32,000 nucleotides of DNA. It comes from Vibrio alginolyticus NBRC 15630 = ATCC 17749 (GTDB lineage: Bacteria; Pseudomonadota; Gammaproteobacteria; Enterobacterales; Vibrionaceae). Of the stretch, positions 1 through 9,036 are shown one piece after another (positions within the stretch are counted from its first letter, which is position 1; every line of letters begins with the position of its first letter). The position numbers were made by a program, and so were the translations under genes. The notes under the pieces are model-generated. The model was not told the DNA's origin. It did not search any database and saw only the letters and a program-made list of their open reading frames with translations. The DNA lies in assembly GCF_000354175.2 (NCBI RefSeq), contig NC_022359.1, forward strand, positions 1,350,001 to 1,382,000, read 5' to 3'.

Positions 1-59
1 ATAGCTATTTGATGCATTTGGTATTAATATTCCCGCCTTTTTGTAATGAGAGACACACC

Positions 60-497
60 ATGTCAGAAGCAACTAACAGCGAAAGCAAAAAAATCGATCT
101 AGCCAGCATTTCTCCAGAGCTACGTAAAGTTATCGAATTTGACGAAGTTCCAGAGCAAATGTTCGAAATGGTTACCTCTATCCATGAAGTGTCTGAAGAA
201 GCGGTACGTGAATCATGGGACGAAATGCCAGCAAGTGCACAGAACATTCTAGACAACTTTGAACAGTTTCATGCTCTAGTTTCTGTAGGCCAAGCATTCG
301 CTGGTATTAATGTGATGGAAGAGTTTCCGACTCTTAATCTGCCAGAAAACATGACAGATGAAGATAAAGAAGAATACCGTGCTCAACTACTTGATAATGT
401 GCTTCACAACTGTGTGAAAGACATGGTTAAGCAACTTAAGAAAGCACGTCGTGACCCACTTCTTAAGCGTGAATTCAAAGAAGTATTCGCGAAGTAA
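60..497 (+). CDS. hypothetical acidic cytoplasmic protein (145 aa), family not recognised
   Basis: Track ORF 9..497. ATG at 60 (MSEATNSESKK...) is preferred because the 17 codons before it look like a hydrophobic junk extension. Asp/Glu-rich, with no signal peptide or TM segment. Followed by a strong intrinsic terminator. Confidence 0.6.
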   Translation: MSEATNSESKKIDLASISPELRKVIEFDEVPEQMFEMVTSIHEVSEEAVRESWDEMPASAQNILDNFEQFHALVSVGQAFAGINVMEEFPTLNLPENMTDEDKEEYRAQLLDNVLHNCVKDMVKQLKKARRDPLLKREFKEVFAK

Positions 498-519
498 TTC
501 CGACATTCTTCTAGTAACA

Positions 520-545
520 AAGGCCGCACTTTGCGGCCTTTTTTG
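520..545 (+). terminator. rho-independent terminator
   Basis: GGCCGCA / TGCGGCC stem (522-528 / 532-538) followed by a T-run at 539-545. It lies between the convergent hypothetical gene and modC. Confidence 0.75.
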
Positions 546-573
546 ATCATGAAGCGTAAATCAGTCTAAACGG

Positions 574-1680
574 TTAATGAGGCGCTAGTGCCATATCTTT
601 TTGTGTCACACTGACACCTTTAATTTGTGCAAAAACACGGCTACCAACTTTTAGGTTGAGATCATCAAGGGCCCACGGTGTGATCGTTGCCCACAAATAA
701 CATTTCTCGTCTAGCTTGAGTGATACATTAATACTCTGCTTGTCATCGGCTGCGTTAAACGCCTCAATGGAATCGACAATAGCAGGCAAAATATTTCGAA
801 TCGACGTCGCCTTGGGTTGCTCGAGCGTGATAGAAACGTCGTTGGCACGCACTTGCAAGCGTATTGGCGTGTCTGGTGTTCCGTCAATCTTTTGCACCCA
901 CAGGAATACATTAGGTGCAAGGCTGATACAAGTCAGTGCATAACGTTCATGATGTTCAGCAATCCGGCCTTCAAATAAGCTGCTTTGATCTGAGAAAGAT
1001 TGCCATGGACGCATAGCATGAGAAGCCCACACTTCCTCAAGCTTACCTGAACTCGAAATTTTACCTTGGTCAATAATTGCAAGGTGCTGAGCAAGCCTTA
1101 AAATTTCCTGGAGACTGTGTGTGACATAGATAATAGGGATATTTACCTTCTCCGACAACTCCTCGAGAAAAGGCATTACCTCACGCTTTCTTGGCATATC
1201 GAGTGAGGCAAGTGGCTCATCCATCAAAAGCAAATTGGGTTTAGATAGCAATGCGCGCGCAATCGCAACACGTTGCTTTTCACCACCAGAAAGTGACACC
1301 GGAAAGCGCTTTAGTAACGGTTTGATAGACAAGAGTTCGGTGACTGCATCAAAATACTCGTCATCTTTTTCTTTAACGCCATATAACAAATTGCCTTGAA
1401 CCGAATAGTGAGGAAACAAACGTGAATCCTGAAACACATAACCAATACCACGCTTGTGCGTTGGTAGGTTGATTCCCTGTTCACTGTCAAACAAAACATG
1501 CTCACCAACCGCAACATACCCTTGCCTTGGAGTTACCAATCCGCTGATGATGTTAATCAACGTCGTTTTACCAGCACCAGATCGTCCAAACAAGGCACTA
1601 ATTCCGTTACAGGGTAACTTAAGTTTAATGTCGAAGTCAGTCTCACCAAGCATTTGTTTAAATTGGACTTTAATCGTCAT
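574..1680 (-). CDS. modC: molybdate ABC transporter ATP-binding protein ModC
   Basis: Walker [13 protein letters not shown] signature LSGGEKQR, Walker [10 protein letters not shown]-terminal TOBE/Mop-like extension typical of ModC. The ATG overlaps the modB stop (ATGA at 1677-1680). Confidence 0.93.
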   Translation of the reverse strand: MTIKVQFKQMLGETDFDIKLKLPCNGISALFGRSGAGKTTLINIISGLVTPRQGYVAVGEHVLFDSEQGINLPTHKRGIGYVFQDSRLFPHYSVQGNLLYGVKEKDDEYFDAVTELLSIKPLLKRFPVSLSGGEKQRVAIARALLSKPNLLLMDEPLASLDMPRKREVMPFLEELSEKVNIPIIYVTHSLQEILRLAQHLAIIDQGKISSSGKLEEVWASHAMRPWQSFSDQSSLFEGRIAEHHERYALTCISLAPNVFLWVQKIDGTPDTPIRLQVRANDVSITLEQPKATSIRNILPAIVDSIEAFNAADDKQSINVSLKLDEKCYLWATITPWALDDLNLKVGSRVFAQIKGVSVTQKDMALAPH

Positions 1681-2366
1681 TGCTTCGCACCCAATCTGCT
1701 TGCCGCTTTACGATTTAGCCATTCAGAGATCATTAATGTAGACAAGGCTAACGCGATAGAAATGATACACAGACGAGCCGCCTGCATTTCTGCACCTGGC
1801 GTTTCAATAAAGTTGTACATTGCCAGCGGAATCGTTTGGGTCTCACCCGGAATGTTAGAGACGAAACTGATCGTCGCCCCGAATTCGCCAAGACTACGAG
1901 CAAATGACAGCATCGTGCCCGTAATAATTCCGGGAATGGTCAGTGGTAACGTGACGGTGAGAAACACTTTTAAAGGAGAAGCGCCTAACGTAGAGGCTGC
2001 GTGCTCCAATTTAGGGTCGACGCTATCTAAGCTTAAGCGTACTGAACGAACCATCAAAGGCAAAGCCACGACAATACAAGCGACTACTGCCCCTTTCCAA
2101 TTAAAGCTAAATACTACCCCTAAGTTTTCATAGAGCCACTTTCCAAGGAACCCTTGTCGTCCTAAAGAAATCAACAATAAATAGCCGATTACCACTGGCG
2201 GCAATACCAGTGGTAAATGAATTAAGCTATCGAGAATCGATTTACCAATGAACGTTTTTCGAGAAAGTAGCCAAGCAAGAAAAACGCCGAGAGGAATCAG
2301 CCAAAGTACTGCGTACGCGCCTACTTTGAGGCTTAACATTAAGGCTTGGTATTCCAGTTCTGTCAC
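1677..2366 (-). CDS. modB: molybdate ABC transporter permease ModB
   Basis: 229 aa, colinear with E. coli ModB as I recall it (LSLKV..., [36 protein letters not shown]). Confidence 0.93.
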   Translation of the reverse strand: MTELEYQALMLSLKVGAYAVLWLIPLGVFLAWLLSRKTFIGKSILDSLIHLPLVLPPVVIGYLLLISLGRQGFLGKWLYENLGVVFSFNWKGAVVACIVVALPLMVRSVRLSLDSVDPKLEHAASTLGASPLKVFLTVTLPLTIPGIITGTMLSFARSLGEFGATISFVSNIPGETQTIPLAMYNFIETPGAEMQAARLCIISIALALSTLMISEWLNRKAASRLGAKQ

Positions 2367-2393
2367 GCTTCGTTCCTATAATTGAAGGCCGGT

Positions 2394-3149
2394 TTATTGC
2401 TGAAAGCCATATTGAGCAAAAACGCGTGCGGCTTCGTCCGATTTTAGGTACTGGAAGAACTGCTCTGACTCAGTAGAATCATTCACAATTGCAGCCGGGT
2501 AAACAATAGCCGCATGCGTATCACTTGCAAATTCGCCGAGAATTTTGACTTTATCAGTTAACTGAGCATCGGTTTTGTAGACCACACCTAAAGGCGCTTC
2601 TCCACGTTCAACCAACGCCAAAGCTAAGCGCACATTCTTTGCTGGTGCGACGTGAGTTTGAACCGCTTTCCATACACCCAGTGTAGTCAATGACTCTTTC
2701 GCGTACATACCAGCAGGTACTGACGTCGGATTGCCTAAAGCAAGACGATTTCCATGCAATGCCTTCTCCCATGCCTTTGCATCAGAAAAGTTAAATGAGG
2801 TTAATTTTGAAGACTGAGGAGCAATCAACACTAAGCTATTGCGCACTAGATTTGTGACATTGTCACGATAAATGACGTCTTTATCGACCAAATAATCCAT
2901 CCATTTCGTGTTCGCAGAAATGAATACATCCGCTGGTGCGCCATTGATAATTTGTCGAGCGATAGAAGAAGAACCACCATAAACGGGAGTGATAGAAACG
3001 TCATACTTTTCTTCAAAGTTTTGCGCGATCTCGTTAATCGCATTCGTCATAGAAGAGGCTGCATACACTTTTAGGTTCGTTGCTGCGTTTGCTGAAAATG
3101 AAATGCTTAATACTACCGTAAGGCAAGCATACTGTTTCCATGCTTTCAT
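2394..3149 (-). CDS. modA: periplasmic molybdate-binding protein ModA
   Basis: Signal peptide MKAWKQYACLTVVLSISFSANA, then a type-II periplasmic binding fold pattern (LKVYAASS...). ATG at 3149 has GGAG 7 nt upstream; the track start at 3167 is a TTG. Sits upstream of modBC. Confidence 0.88.
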   Translation of the reverse strand: MKAWKQYACLTVVLSISFSANAATNLKVYAASSMTNAINEIAQNFEEKYDVSITPVYGGSSSIARQIINGAPADVFISANTKWMDYLVDKDVIYRDNVTNLVRNSLVLIAPQSSKLTSFNFSDAKAWEKALHGNRLALGNPTSVPAGMYAKESLTTLGVWKAVQTHVAPAKNVRLALALVERGEAPLGVVYKTDAQLTDKVKILGEFASDTHAAIVYPAAIVNDSTESEQFFQYLKSDEAARVFAQYGFQQ

Positions 3150-3218
3150 AGAGATACTCCAATACAAGGCAAGCGAAAGAACAGGTTATTTAAATATAAA
3201 GTTCAATCAGTTAATGGG

Positions 3219-4670
3219 CTATTTAAACAAAAAATCAAGGCGCACATGTTGTTCTATCGCATCTGCGATGCGATTAATGCCTTGCTCCTTTAACTCTTCA
3301 AAGTCTTGTTGTTTGATTTGGGTGCCGTTTACCCATTCTGATACCAGGCTTAAGACATCTGCCTCGTCAAAGAACCCGTGAAGGTAGGTTCCCATGATTT
3401 GGCCACACTCGCTGATCGCCCCCTCCGCTTCACCGGAGCTGAATGTAAGAGGTTGCAGGCCCCGTACTTCACTTCGCCCTACGTGGATTTCATAACCCTT
3501 TACATTGGCTGTTTTGCCGTTAAGAGAAAGCTGTGCTTGTGTGTTTGTAAGCTGTTTGCTGTTAGTTAGTGTCGTAGTGATATCAAGCAAGCCAAGTCCT
3601 TCTCTTTGACCTGGTTGGCCTTCGACGCCGTTTGGATCATCAATCAAGTTTCCAAGCATCTGGTAGCCGCCACAGATACCAATCACTTTTCCACCAAGAC
3701 GAATATGACGCAAGATATCTTTATCCCACCCCTGGCTTCTTAGATAATCCAGATCGTCTCTCACTGATTTGGTCCCAGGCAAAATAACCAGGTCGGCTTT
3801 ATCTATTTTTTCGCCTTTACCTACATAACGTAGATTGATGTCTGGATTCAATCGCAGCACATCAAAATCAGTATGATTACTAATCCGGGTTAAAACAGGC
3901 ACAACAACATTCAGTTTTACCTCAGAGTGCAACTCTTGCTGCGCAGTGATCGCGTCTTCTGCTTCTAAATTCAAACCATGGAGAAAAGGAAGTACACCAA
4001 GTACAGGTTTACCTGTTTTTTCTTCTAGCCAATCGAGGCCCGATTGCAATAAACGAATATCACCTCGAAAACGGTTGATAACAAATCCTTTTACTCGCGC
4101 TTGTTCAGATTCAGAAAGTAGCGCAAGTGTTCCGTACAAATGTGCAAACACTCCACCACGATCAATATCAGCAACAATGATCACTGGTACATCAGCGGCC
4201 TCAGCAAAACCCATGTTTGCAATATCGCCTTCTCGTAAATTGATTTCAGCAGGACTCCCCGCGCCCTCGATAATGATCGAATCAAATTCTTGAGTCAGAC
4301 GAGAGAAGGAATCTAACACCGTATCCATCGCCACTTTCTTGTAATCATGAAAGCCAGCCGCATCCATATTGGAAATCGCCTTACCCTGCAAAATGATCTG
4401 AGCACCTGTATCACTGTTAGGTTTAATTAAAACCGGATTCATATGTACAGTTGGCTCAATATTACACGCCTGTGCCTGAACGGCCTGTGCTCGACCTATT
4501 TCACCGCCATCTTTGGTTACCGCACTATTTAGTGCCATGTTTTGTGGCTTAAATGGGGCAACATTTATCCCTTTTCGTGCTAATACACGGCATAAACCTG
4601 CCACAAGGACACTTTTTCCGGCATCCGAAGTGGTGCCTTGAACCATTAAAGATGGGATCGCTGATTTCAT
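3219..4670 (-). CDS. cobQ: cobyric acid synthase CobQ/CbiP
   Basis: N-terminal P-loop [20 protein letters not shown] and a C-terminal glutamine-amidotransferase-like half ([10 protein letters not shown] ... YLHGFF). ATG at 4670; the track start at 4703 is a TTG. Confidence 0.88.
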   Translation of the reverse strand: MKSAIPSLMVQGTTSDAGKSVLVAGLCRVLARKGINVAPFKPQNMALNSAVTKDGGEIGRAQAVQAQACNIEPTVHMNPVLIKPNSDTGAQIILQGKAISNMDAAGFHDYKKVAMDTVLDSFSRLTQEFDSIIIEGAGSPAEINLREGDIANMGFAEAADVPVIIVADIDRGGVFAHLYGTLALLSESEQARVKGFVINRFRGDIRLLQSGLDWLEEKTGKPVLGVLPFLHGLNLEAEDAITAQQELHSEVKLNVVVPVLTRISNHTDFDVLRLNPDINLRYVGKGEKIDKADLVILPGTKSVRDDLDYLRSQGWDKDILRHIRLGGKVIGICGGYQMLGNLIDDPNGVEGQPGQREGLGLLDITTTLTNSKQLTNTQAQLSLNGKTANVKGYEIHVGRSEVRGLQPLTFSSGEAEGAISECGQIMGTYLHGFFDEADVLSLVSEWVNGTQIKQQDFEELKEQGINRIADAIEQHVRLDFLFK

Positions 4671-4825
4671 GAATGTTTGTAAGGAATAGAGGAAGATGAA
4701 CAATCATAACGTCATCGTCCCCACTTACTCAAGCAAATGAATAGAATATGAATGTTGAAATCATCATTGGTTCAAACAAGCCCTGTTTTAATGACCCCAT
4801 CAAAACAAACCGATGAGGATGTAAC

Positions 4826-5200
4826 ATGAAAAAGAATACAATTATCGCAACAATCGCCGCCTTAGCTATTGCTCCTTCTATCGCGTTCGCGAAAGATAAC
4901 GCTCAAAACCAATCAAACTTGCAGTTTAACGGTCCTGTCACTGTGGAAAAATTGGATGCCTTGCTAAACGACTCCAATATGTTTACTGAAAAAGATGTGG
5001 TCGTTGAAGGTAACTTATTGCGTCAAGTTCGCGCGGATAAGTTTGTCTTTAGCGATGGTTCCGGTGAAGTGATGGTCGAACTCGATGACGATATTCAGCT
5101 AAATACTCCGATTGATCACACGACTAAAGTCCGTCTGTTTGGCGAATTTGAAGGCGGGAACAAACCAGAGATTGAAGTCGAACAACTCGTGGTCATGTAA
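4826..5200 (+). CDS. YgiW/YdeI-family periplasmic OB-fold (BOF) stress protein
   Basis: Signal peptide ending AFA|KD. Core FVFSDGSGEVMVELDDD resembles E. coli YgiW YVFKDASGTINVDIDH. 124 aa. Confidence 0.78.
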   Translation: MKKNTIIATIAALAIAPSIAFAKDNAQNQSNLQFNGPVTVEKLDALLNDSNMFTEKDVVVEGNLLRQVRADKFVFSDGSGEVMVELDDDIQLNTPIDHTTKVRLFGEFEGGNKPEIEVEQLVVM

Positions 5201-5354
5201 AACAAACCCCGATTGCTGTGCATATCAACATGATGTAGTGACGATTACAGCTAAATAGTGACGGCAAGCACTTAAAATGATAGCTTTATCAATCTTGGTC
5301 TGCTTTTTGCAGACCATTTTTTTGTTCATTTTAATCATCTTGCCCGGAGACACC

Positions 5355-5891
5355 ATGCTAGGTAAAGCTCTAAAGGTTGCAGCCTTTGGTTTGTGTGCTA
5401 TTTTGCCACTTTCCGCACACGCAAATAATTTCAACTACAACACGATGGAATTTCGCATGGGCACTAGCCCTGGTACATTTGGTGGCGAGTTCAATACCTA
5501 CTTTACAGAGAATACCCATTTCATTGCTCGCGCAGACAGTGAATTCAGCGGAGACTGGGACATTGCTGGTGGTATAGGCTTTAATGGGCCAGCAGGCCAA
5601 TTTGCAGATATTTATGGCCAAATGTTGGTACACAACATTAAAGAGAACGGCAGTGATAAAGTGGGCGACGAGTGGCGCACGGAAGTGAATATTGGCACTC
5701 GTATTTGGTTTATGCAAAATGTTGAGCTACATGGCCGTATCGGCCAAATCATAGATAATGACGATTCGAACACCATTTACAATCTGGGCGCACGATTCCA
5801 CTCAACTCAGCAACTATCGCTTGGTGCAGATTTCAAAAATAATGGTGTCTATGGCCAGCAAATTGTAATGTCTGCTCGTTTTGCATTTTAG
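5355..5891 (+). CDS. small outer-membrane beta-barrel protein (8-strand class, family not assigned)
   Basis: ATG at 5355 with GGAG 5 nt upstream. Signal peptide MLGKALKVAAFGLCAILPLSAHA|NN. Alternating hydrophobic/aromatic beta-strand pattern and C-terminal ...ARFAF (terminal Phe). Confidence 0.68.
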   Translation: MLGKALKVAAFGLCAILPLSAHANNFNYNTMEFRMGTSPGTFGGEFNTYFTENTHFIARADSEFSGDWDIAGGIGFNGPAGQFADIYGQMLVHNIKENGSDKVGDEWRTEVNIGTRIWFMQNVELHGRIGQIIDNDDSNTIYNLGARFHSTQQLSLGADFKNNGVYGQQIVMSARFAF

Positions 5892-5941
5892 TGGACATGA
5901 CTATGACTACCAGGGCATCACAAGCAAGCATATGATTCAAT

Positions 5942-5975
5942 AAAAATGGCCTCCAATTTTGGAGGCCATTTTTTG
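5942..5975. terminator. bidirectional rho-independent terminator
   Basis: AAAAATGGCCTCCA-ATTT-TGGAGGCCATTTTTT, with an A-run and a T-run flanking an 8+ bp GC-rich stem. Lies between convergent genes. Confidence 0.85.
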
Positions 5976-6020
5976 TTAATCACGAATTATTAGCTTGTAG
6001 CAGAAACTAGCTGTAATACA

Positions 6021-6704
6021 TCAGTTTTTAGCGGTTTTTTTAGGTTTATCTTGCACATATTTTTTCGATACATCTACAACGGCGATATCTCTAAAAAAGC
6101 TTCGACCAAGCAAAATTGGAAACGTCATATGTCCGCGATCCGCTAACGTAAACTCTGTCTTTTCTTTGTGATCCCCAACGGTAATGTAGGCTTTTACCAC
6201 CGCTCGTTTATCCACCTCTTCTGACGAAGACTGCTTAACTTTAGCCCAGCGCTCAACGGGTACTTTAAATTCTTTGGTGTCTTTGTCACCTAAATCTATC
6301 TTAAATTTAACCCAGTCTTTACCATCACGCTCAAACGGAACAATGTCAGTCGCACTAATTGATGATGTTGTCGCACCTGTATCGACTCTAGCCTTGAAAG
6401 TCTGGTCAATTTCAGGAACATAAACCCATTCTTCAGAACCAAGAATTAACATGCCATCGGGTGTTTTTGTGACCTTGACTGGCTTCTTAGGCTTTGGTTC
6501 CGGCTTTTTCTCAGGTTTCGCTTCTGGTTTGGGCTCCACCTCTGGCTTTGGATCTACATCAGGTTTCACTTCTGGCTCGACTTTAACGGGCTCTTCGACC
6601 TTTGGCGACTCTGGCTCAACAGGTTCCTGCGTCGTTTGAGTTGACGTACAAGCAATTAAACTGCCGCTCATCATAAGCGGCAGAATCAGTTTCCAGTTTT
6701 TCAT
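6021..6704 (-). CDS. lipoprotein with C-terminal retropepsin-like domain (the family often annotated 'putative ATP-dependent zinc protease', RimB-like)
   Basis: ATG at 6704 with GGAG 5 nt upstream (the track start at 6710 is a GTG). Lipobox SLIAC. Pro/Glu/Lys-rich spacer. Domain pattern EEWVYVPE...KARVDTGATTSSI...VPFERDGKDWVKF...LADRGHMTFPILLGRSFF. Confidence 0.8.
   Translation of the reverse strand: MKNWKLILPLMMSGSLIACTSTQTTQEPVEPESPKVEEPVKVEPEVKPDVDPKPEVEPKPEAKPEKKPEPKPKKPVKVTKTPDGMLILGSEEWVYVPEIDQTFKARVDTGATTSSISATDIVPFERDGKDWVKFKIDLGDKDTKEFKVPVERWAKVKQSSSEEVDKRAVVKAYITVGDHKEKTEFTLADRGHMTFPILLGRSFFRDIAVVDVSKKYVQDKPKKTAKN
6471..6626 (-). repeat. low-complexity coding repeat (imperfect PEVKP/KPEPKP units, about 52 aa)
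   Basis: The translation EPVEPESPKVEEPVKVEPEVKPDVDPKPEVEPKPEAKPEKKPEPKPKKPVKV lies between the lipobox and the globular domain. Confidence 0.7.
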
Positions 6705-6715
6705 CCACACTCCAA

Positions 6716-7912
6716 TTAAGCTTGAGATACTTTCTTAATTGCGTCCGCTACGTATGGAATATGAGTTTCGGTAAGTCCGGCAATGTTAATTCGACCATCG
6801 CCAACACCATAAATGCCATAATCTTCACGCAGTTGCGCCATTTGGTTTCCACTAAAGCCTAGCACAGTAAACATGCCTTTGTGACCCTCAATGAAATCAA
6901 ATTGATCTGTATTATGGTTGTTTCTCAACTCGTTACACAAACTTTGACGAAGGCTAACCAAACGATGTTGCATTTCACTCAATTCTTGCTTCCAAACGGA
7001 AGTGAGATTGTCATCTTGCAGAATGGTCTTAACTAAAGCTGCACCATGGTCGGGTGGCATCGTGTAAGTCGAGCGAGCTAGAGTGAGGAGTTTACCTTTT
7101 GCATTGGTTACATCATGCATGTTCTTACCAACCACAATCGCTGCACCAGTTCGTTCACGGTACAGACCAAAGTTCTTCGAACATGAAGTAGTAATCAACA
7201 TCTCTTCAACGTTATCTGCCATAAAACGAAGGCCTTTTGCGTCTTCTTCTAGGCCATCACCGAAGCCTTGGTAAGCAATGTCCACAAATGGGATGAAACC
7301 GTTCTTCTGCGACAATTCTGTAATGGCTTGCCAAGCAGATAAGTCAATATCCGCACCAGTTGGATTGTGGCAACAACCATGAAGAAGTACCACATCTGAA
7401 GGCCCAGCTTTCGCAAGATCATCCATCATTTTTTCGGTGTCTACTTGTTTCGTTTCCGAAGAGAAATAGTGGTAGAACTTAACTTTAAGGCCTGCTGCTT
7501 CCATCACTGGCTTGTGGTTTACGTAGCTTGGGTTGGAAATCCAAACCGTCGTATCTGGCTGTGCGATCTTCATTAGATCACCGAGCATACGCAGCGCACC
7601 ACTTGCACCTGGCGTTTGAATAGCTGCAACACGATCCATTGCAGACGTTCCCGTCAGTAGCAAATCGATCATGCTTTTATTAAATTCTTCGCAACCTGCA
7701 AGACCAACATAAGACTTGGTTTTTTGAGTCTCAACAACGACATCCTGCGCCATTTGAATGGCTTTCATAATCGGCGTTTCGCCTGCGCTGTTTTTGTATA
7801 CGCCAATGCCAAGGTCAACCTTGTTTGGACGTTCATCGTTACGGTATGCAACGGATAGAGATAAAATAGGATCTAATACGGGAGTTGGGAGATTAGAAAA
7901 CATGAAAGTCAT
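6716..7912 (-). CDS. class-I aspartate/aromatic amino acid aminotransferase (AspC/TyrB family)
   Basis: Colinear with E. coli AspC as I recall it (DPIL.L...DERP.K..LGIGVY, HGCCHNPTG, SKNFGLY.ER.G). The start could be 7912 or 7903 (two in-frame ATGs). Its stop lies 11 nt before the downstream lipoprotein start. Confidence 0.9.
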   Translation of the reverse strand: MTFMFSNLPTPVLDPILSLSVAYRNDERPNKVDLGIGVYKNSAGETPIMKAIQMAQDVVVETQKTKSYVGLAGCEEFNKSMIDLLLTGTSAMDRVAAIQTPGASGALRMLGDLMKIAQPDTTVWISNPSYVNHKPVMEAAGLKVKFYHYFSSETKQVDTEKMMDDLAKAGPSDVVLLHGCCHNPTGADIDLSAWQAITELSQKNGFIPFVDIAYQGFGDGLEEDAKGLRFMADNVEEMLITTSCSKNFGLYRERTGAAIVVGKNMHDVTNAKGKLLTLARSTYTMPPDHGAALVKTILQDDNLTSVWKQELSEMQHRLVSLRQSLCNELRNNHNTDQFDFIEGHKGMFTVLGFSGNQMAQLREDYGIYGVGDGRINIAGLTETHIPYVADAIKKVSQA

Positions 7913-8037
7913 AACCCTTTGAAATTCAAGTACCGAACCTCACGTTAACACCATCGCAAAAAATGACGAAATGATTTTTCACTTATTTCATCAATTAGAG
8001 AACAAAATTCTGGATTGCGGTGAGTTTTGTGCGCTCT

Positions 8038-8058
8038 ATCGTTCAGAAAAAGAACGAT
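8038..8058 (-). terminator. hairpin immediately after the AraC-family gene stop (no clear U-tract)
   Basis: ATCGTTC-agaaaaa-GAACGAT, a perfect 7-bp inverted repeat abutting the stop codon at 8059-8061. Confidence 0.35.
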
Positions 8059-8916
8059 TCACTCCTCGTTGTACCAACCCACTCTACCGTTTTTTCTAAA
8101 CTCTCTTGGTGTCATGGTCGACCACGCTTTAAAACGTGTACTAAAGTTAGCGCTGGTCGGATATCCGACTATTTCTCCAATATGCTGAATTGGCCATTCT
8201 GTTGAACGAAGTAACCTAGCAGCATATTCCATGCGCATACGCGTTAAATGTGCCATTGGGCTTCGACCAAACTGCTTTTGAGTCAGTCGATGCAAATGAG
8301 GCTCCGAACATGGATATAGAGCCGCCACCTGCTCAACGCTCCAATCCTTATGGAGCTGACGTTGGACAAGGTCAAATACACGCCGAAGCCTCAATTGGCT
8401 GCGTGATATCGACTCTGAGGGCGGCATGTTTAACATCAGCTCTAACTGAGCCACACTATGCTCACCTACCGCACCACCATAATCGATTGGAAGGTTAATG
8501 CTGCGTAGTAACGTTTGGATACATGCATACATCACTTCAGGTGTAGATGAAAGCTGGTAGCGAACATCGCATTCTAATATCGGCCACTCTCTATCAGGAG
8601 CAAGAAAAAGCCACGCGATCTGCCAAGGTTCTTCTTCTATACCAAAACCGTTTTCAACACCTGCGGGTACTGTAATCAACGAGCCCGGTTCCAAATCGTA
8701 TCGACAAGCCCCACTCTCTAGCCACCCTTTACCACGCACCGTATAGAGCAGCATGTGTTTCTTTTGGTTTTTACGATAAACAGAGAAGAAGTCACGACAA
8801 GTGGCAATGCCGCACTGCACAATGCCTCTCTCCTCAAGTGCTAATACTCGACTGTGATCAATAAACTCTTGATAAGTTTTTTCTGAAATCGCGTAGCGTT
8901 CTTGTTTATCTTCCAT
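8059..8916 (-). CDS. AraC/XylS-family transcriptional regulator (N-terminal cupin-type sensor plus C-terminal double HTH)
   Basis: 285 aa. The C-terminal region ...WSVEQVAALYPCSEPHLHRLTQKQFGRSPMAHLTRMRMEYAARLL...IGEIVGYPTSANFSTRFKAW is a typical AraC HTH pair. Divergent from the MATE gene. Confidence 0.88.
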   Translation of the reverse strand: MEDKQERYAISEKTYQEFIDHSRVLALEERGIVQCGIATCRDFFSVYRKNQKKHMLLYTVRGKGWLESGACRYDLEPGSLITVPAGVENGFGIEEEPWQIAWLFLAPDREWPILECDVRYQLSSTPEVMYACIQTLLRSINLPIDYGGAVGEHSVAQLELMLNMPPSESISRSQLRLRRVFDLVQRQLHKDWSVEQVAALYPCSEPHLHRLTQKQFGRSPMAHLTRMRMEYAARLLRSTEWPIQHIGEIVGYPTSANFSTRFKAWSTMTPREFRKNGRVGWYNEE

Positions 8917-9036
8917 GATTTATTGGCTCACATGTGCGTTAGTAGAGAGTTTTACAAAGGTTTTGGATTCCTTTGAAAAATACACCGCCAAATCATGAGG
9001 ATAAACTACTCGCATTAATCTTTAAGGAGAAATGCG

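Noticed and set aside
711-2133. Track ORFs 711..920(-), 716..943(+), 1311..1517(-), 1454..1741(+), 1654..2133(+) inside or antisense to modC/modB
   Set aside because: They overlap strongly recognisable ABC-transporter genes in other frames. Their translations are low-complexity or Cys/Arg-rich with no motifs or RBS, which is typical of shadow ORFs.
3150-3218. ModE operator upstream of modA
   Set aside because: Only a single TTATAT-like half (CTTTATATTTAAATAAC on the minus strand) is present. The second TAYAT half-site at the proper spacing is missing.
4671-4825. Possible cobalamin riboswitch upstream of cobQ
   Set aside because: The leader is too short (about 155 nt shared with a divergent gene), and I could not find a B12 box (GCCACTG) or the expected multi-stem GC-rich structure.
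6471-6626. PEVKP-encoding region as a DNA-level tandem repeat/VNTR
   Set aside because: The units are imperfect at the nucleotide level with no clean period. It is better described as low-complexity coding sequence than as a tandem repeat locus.
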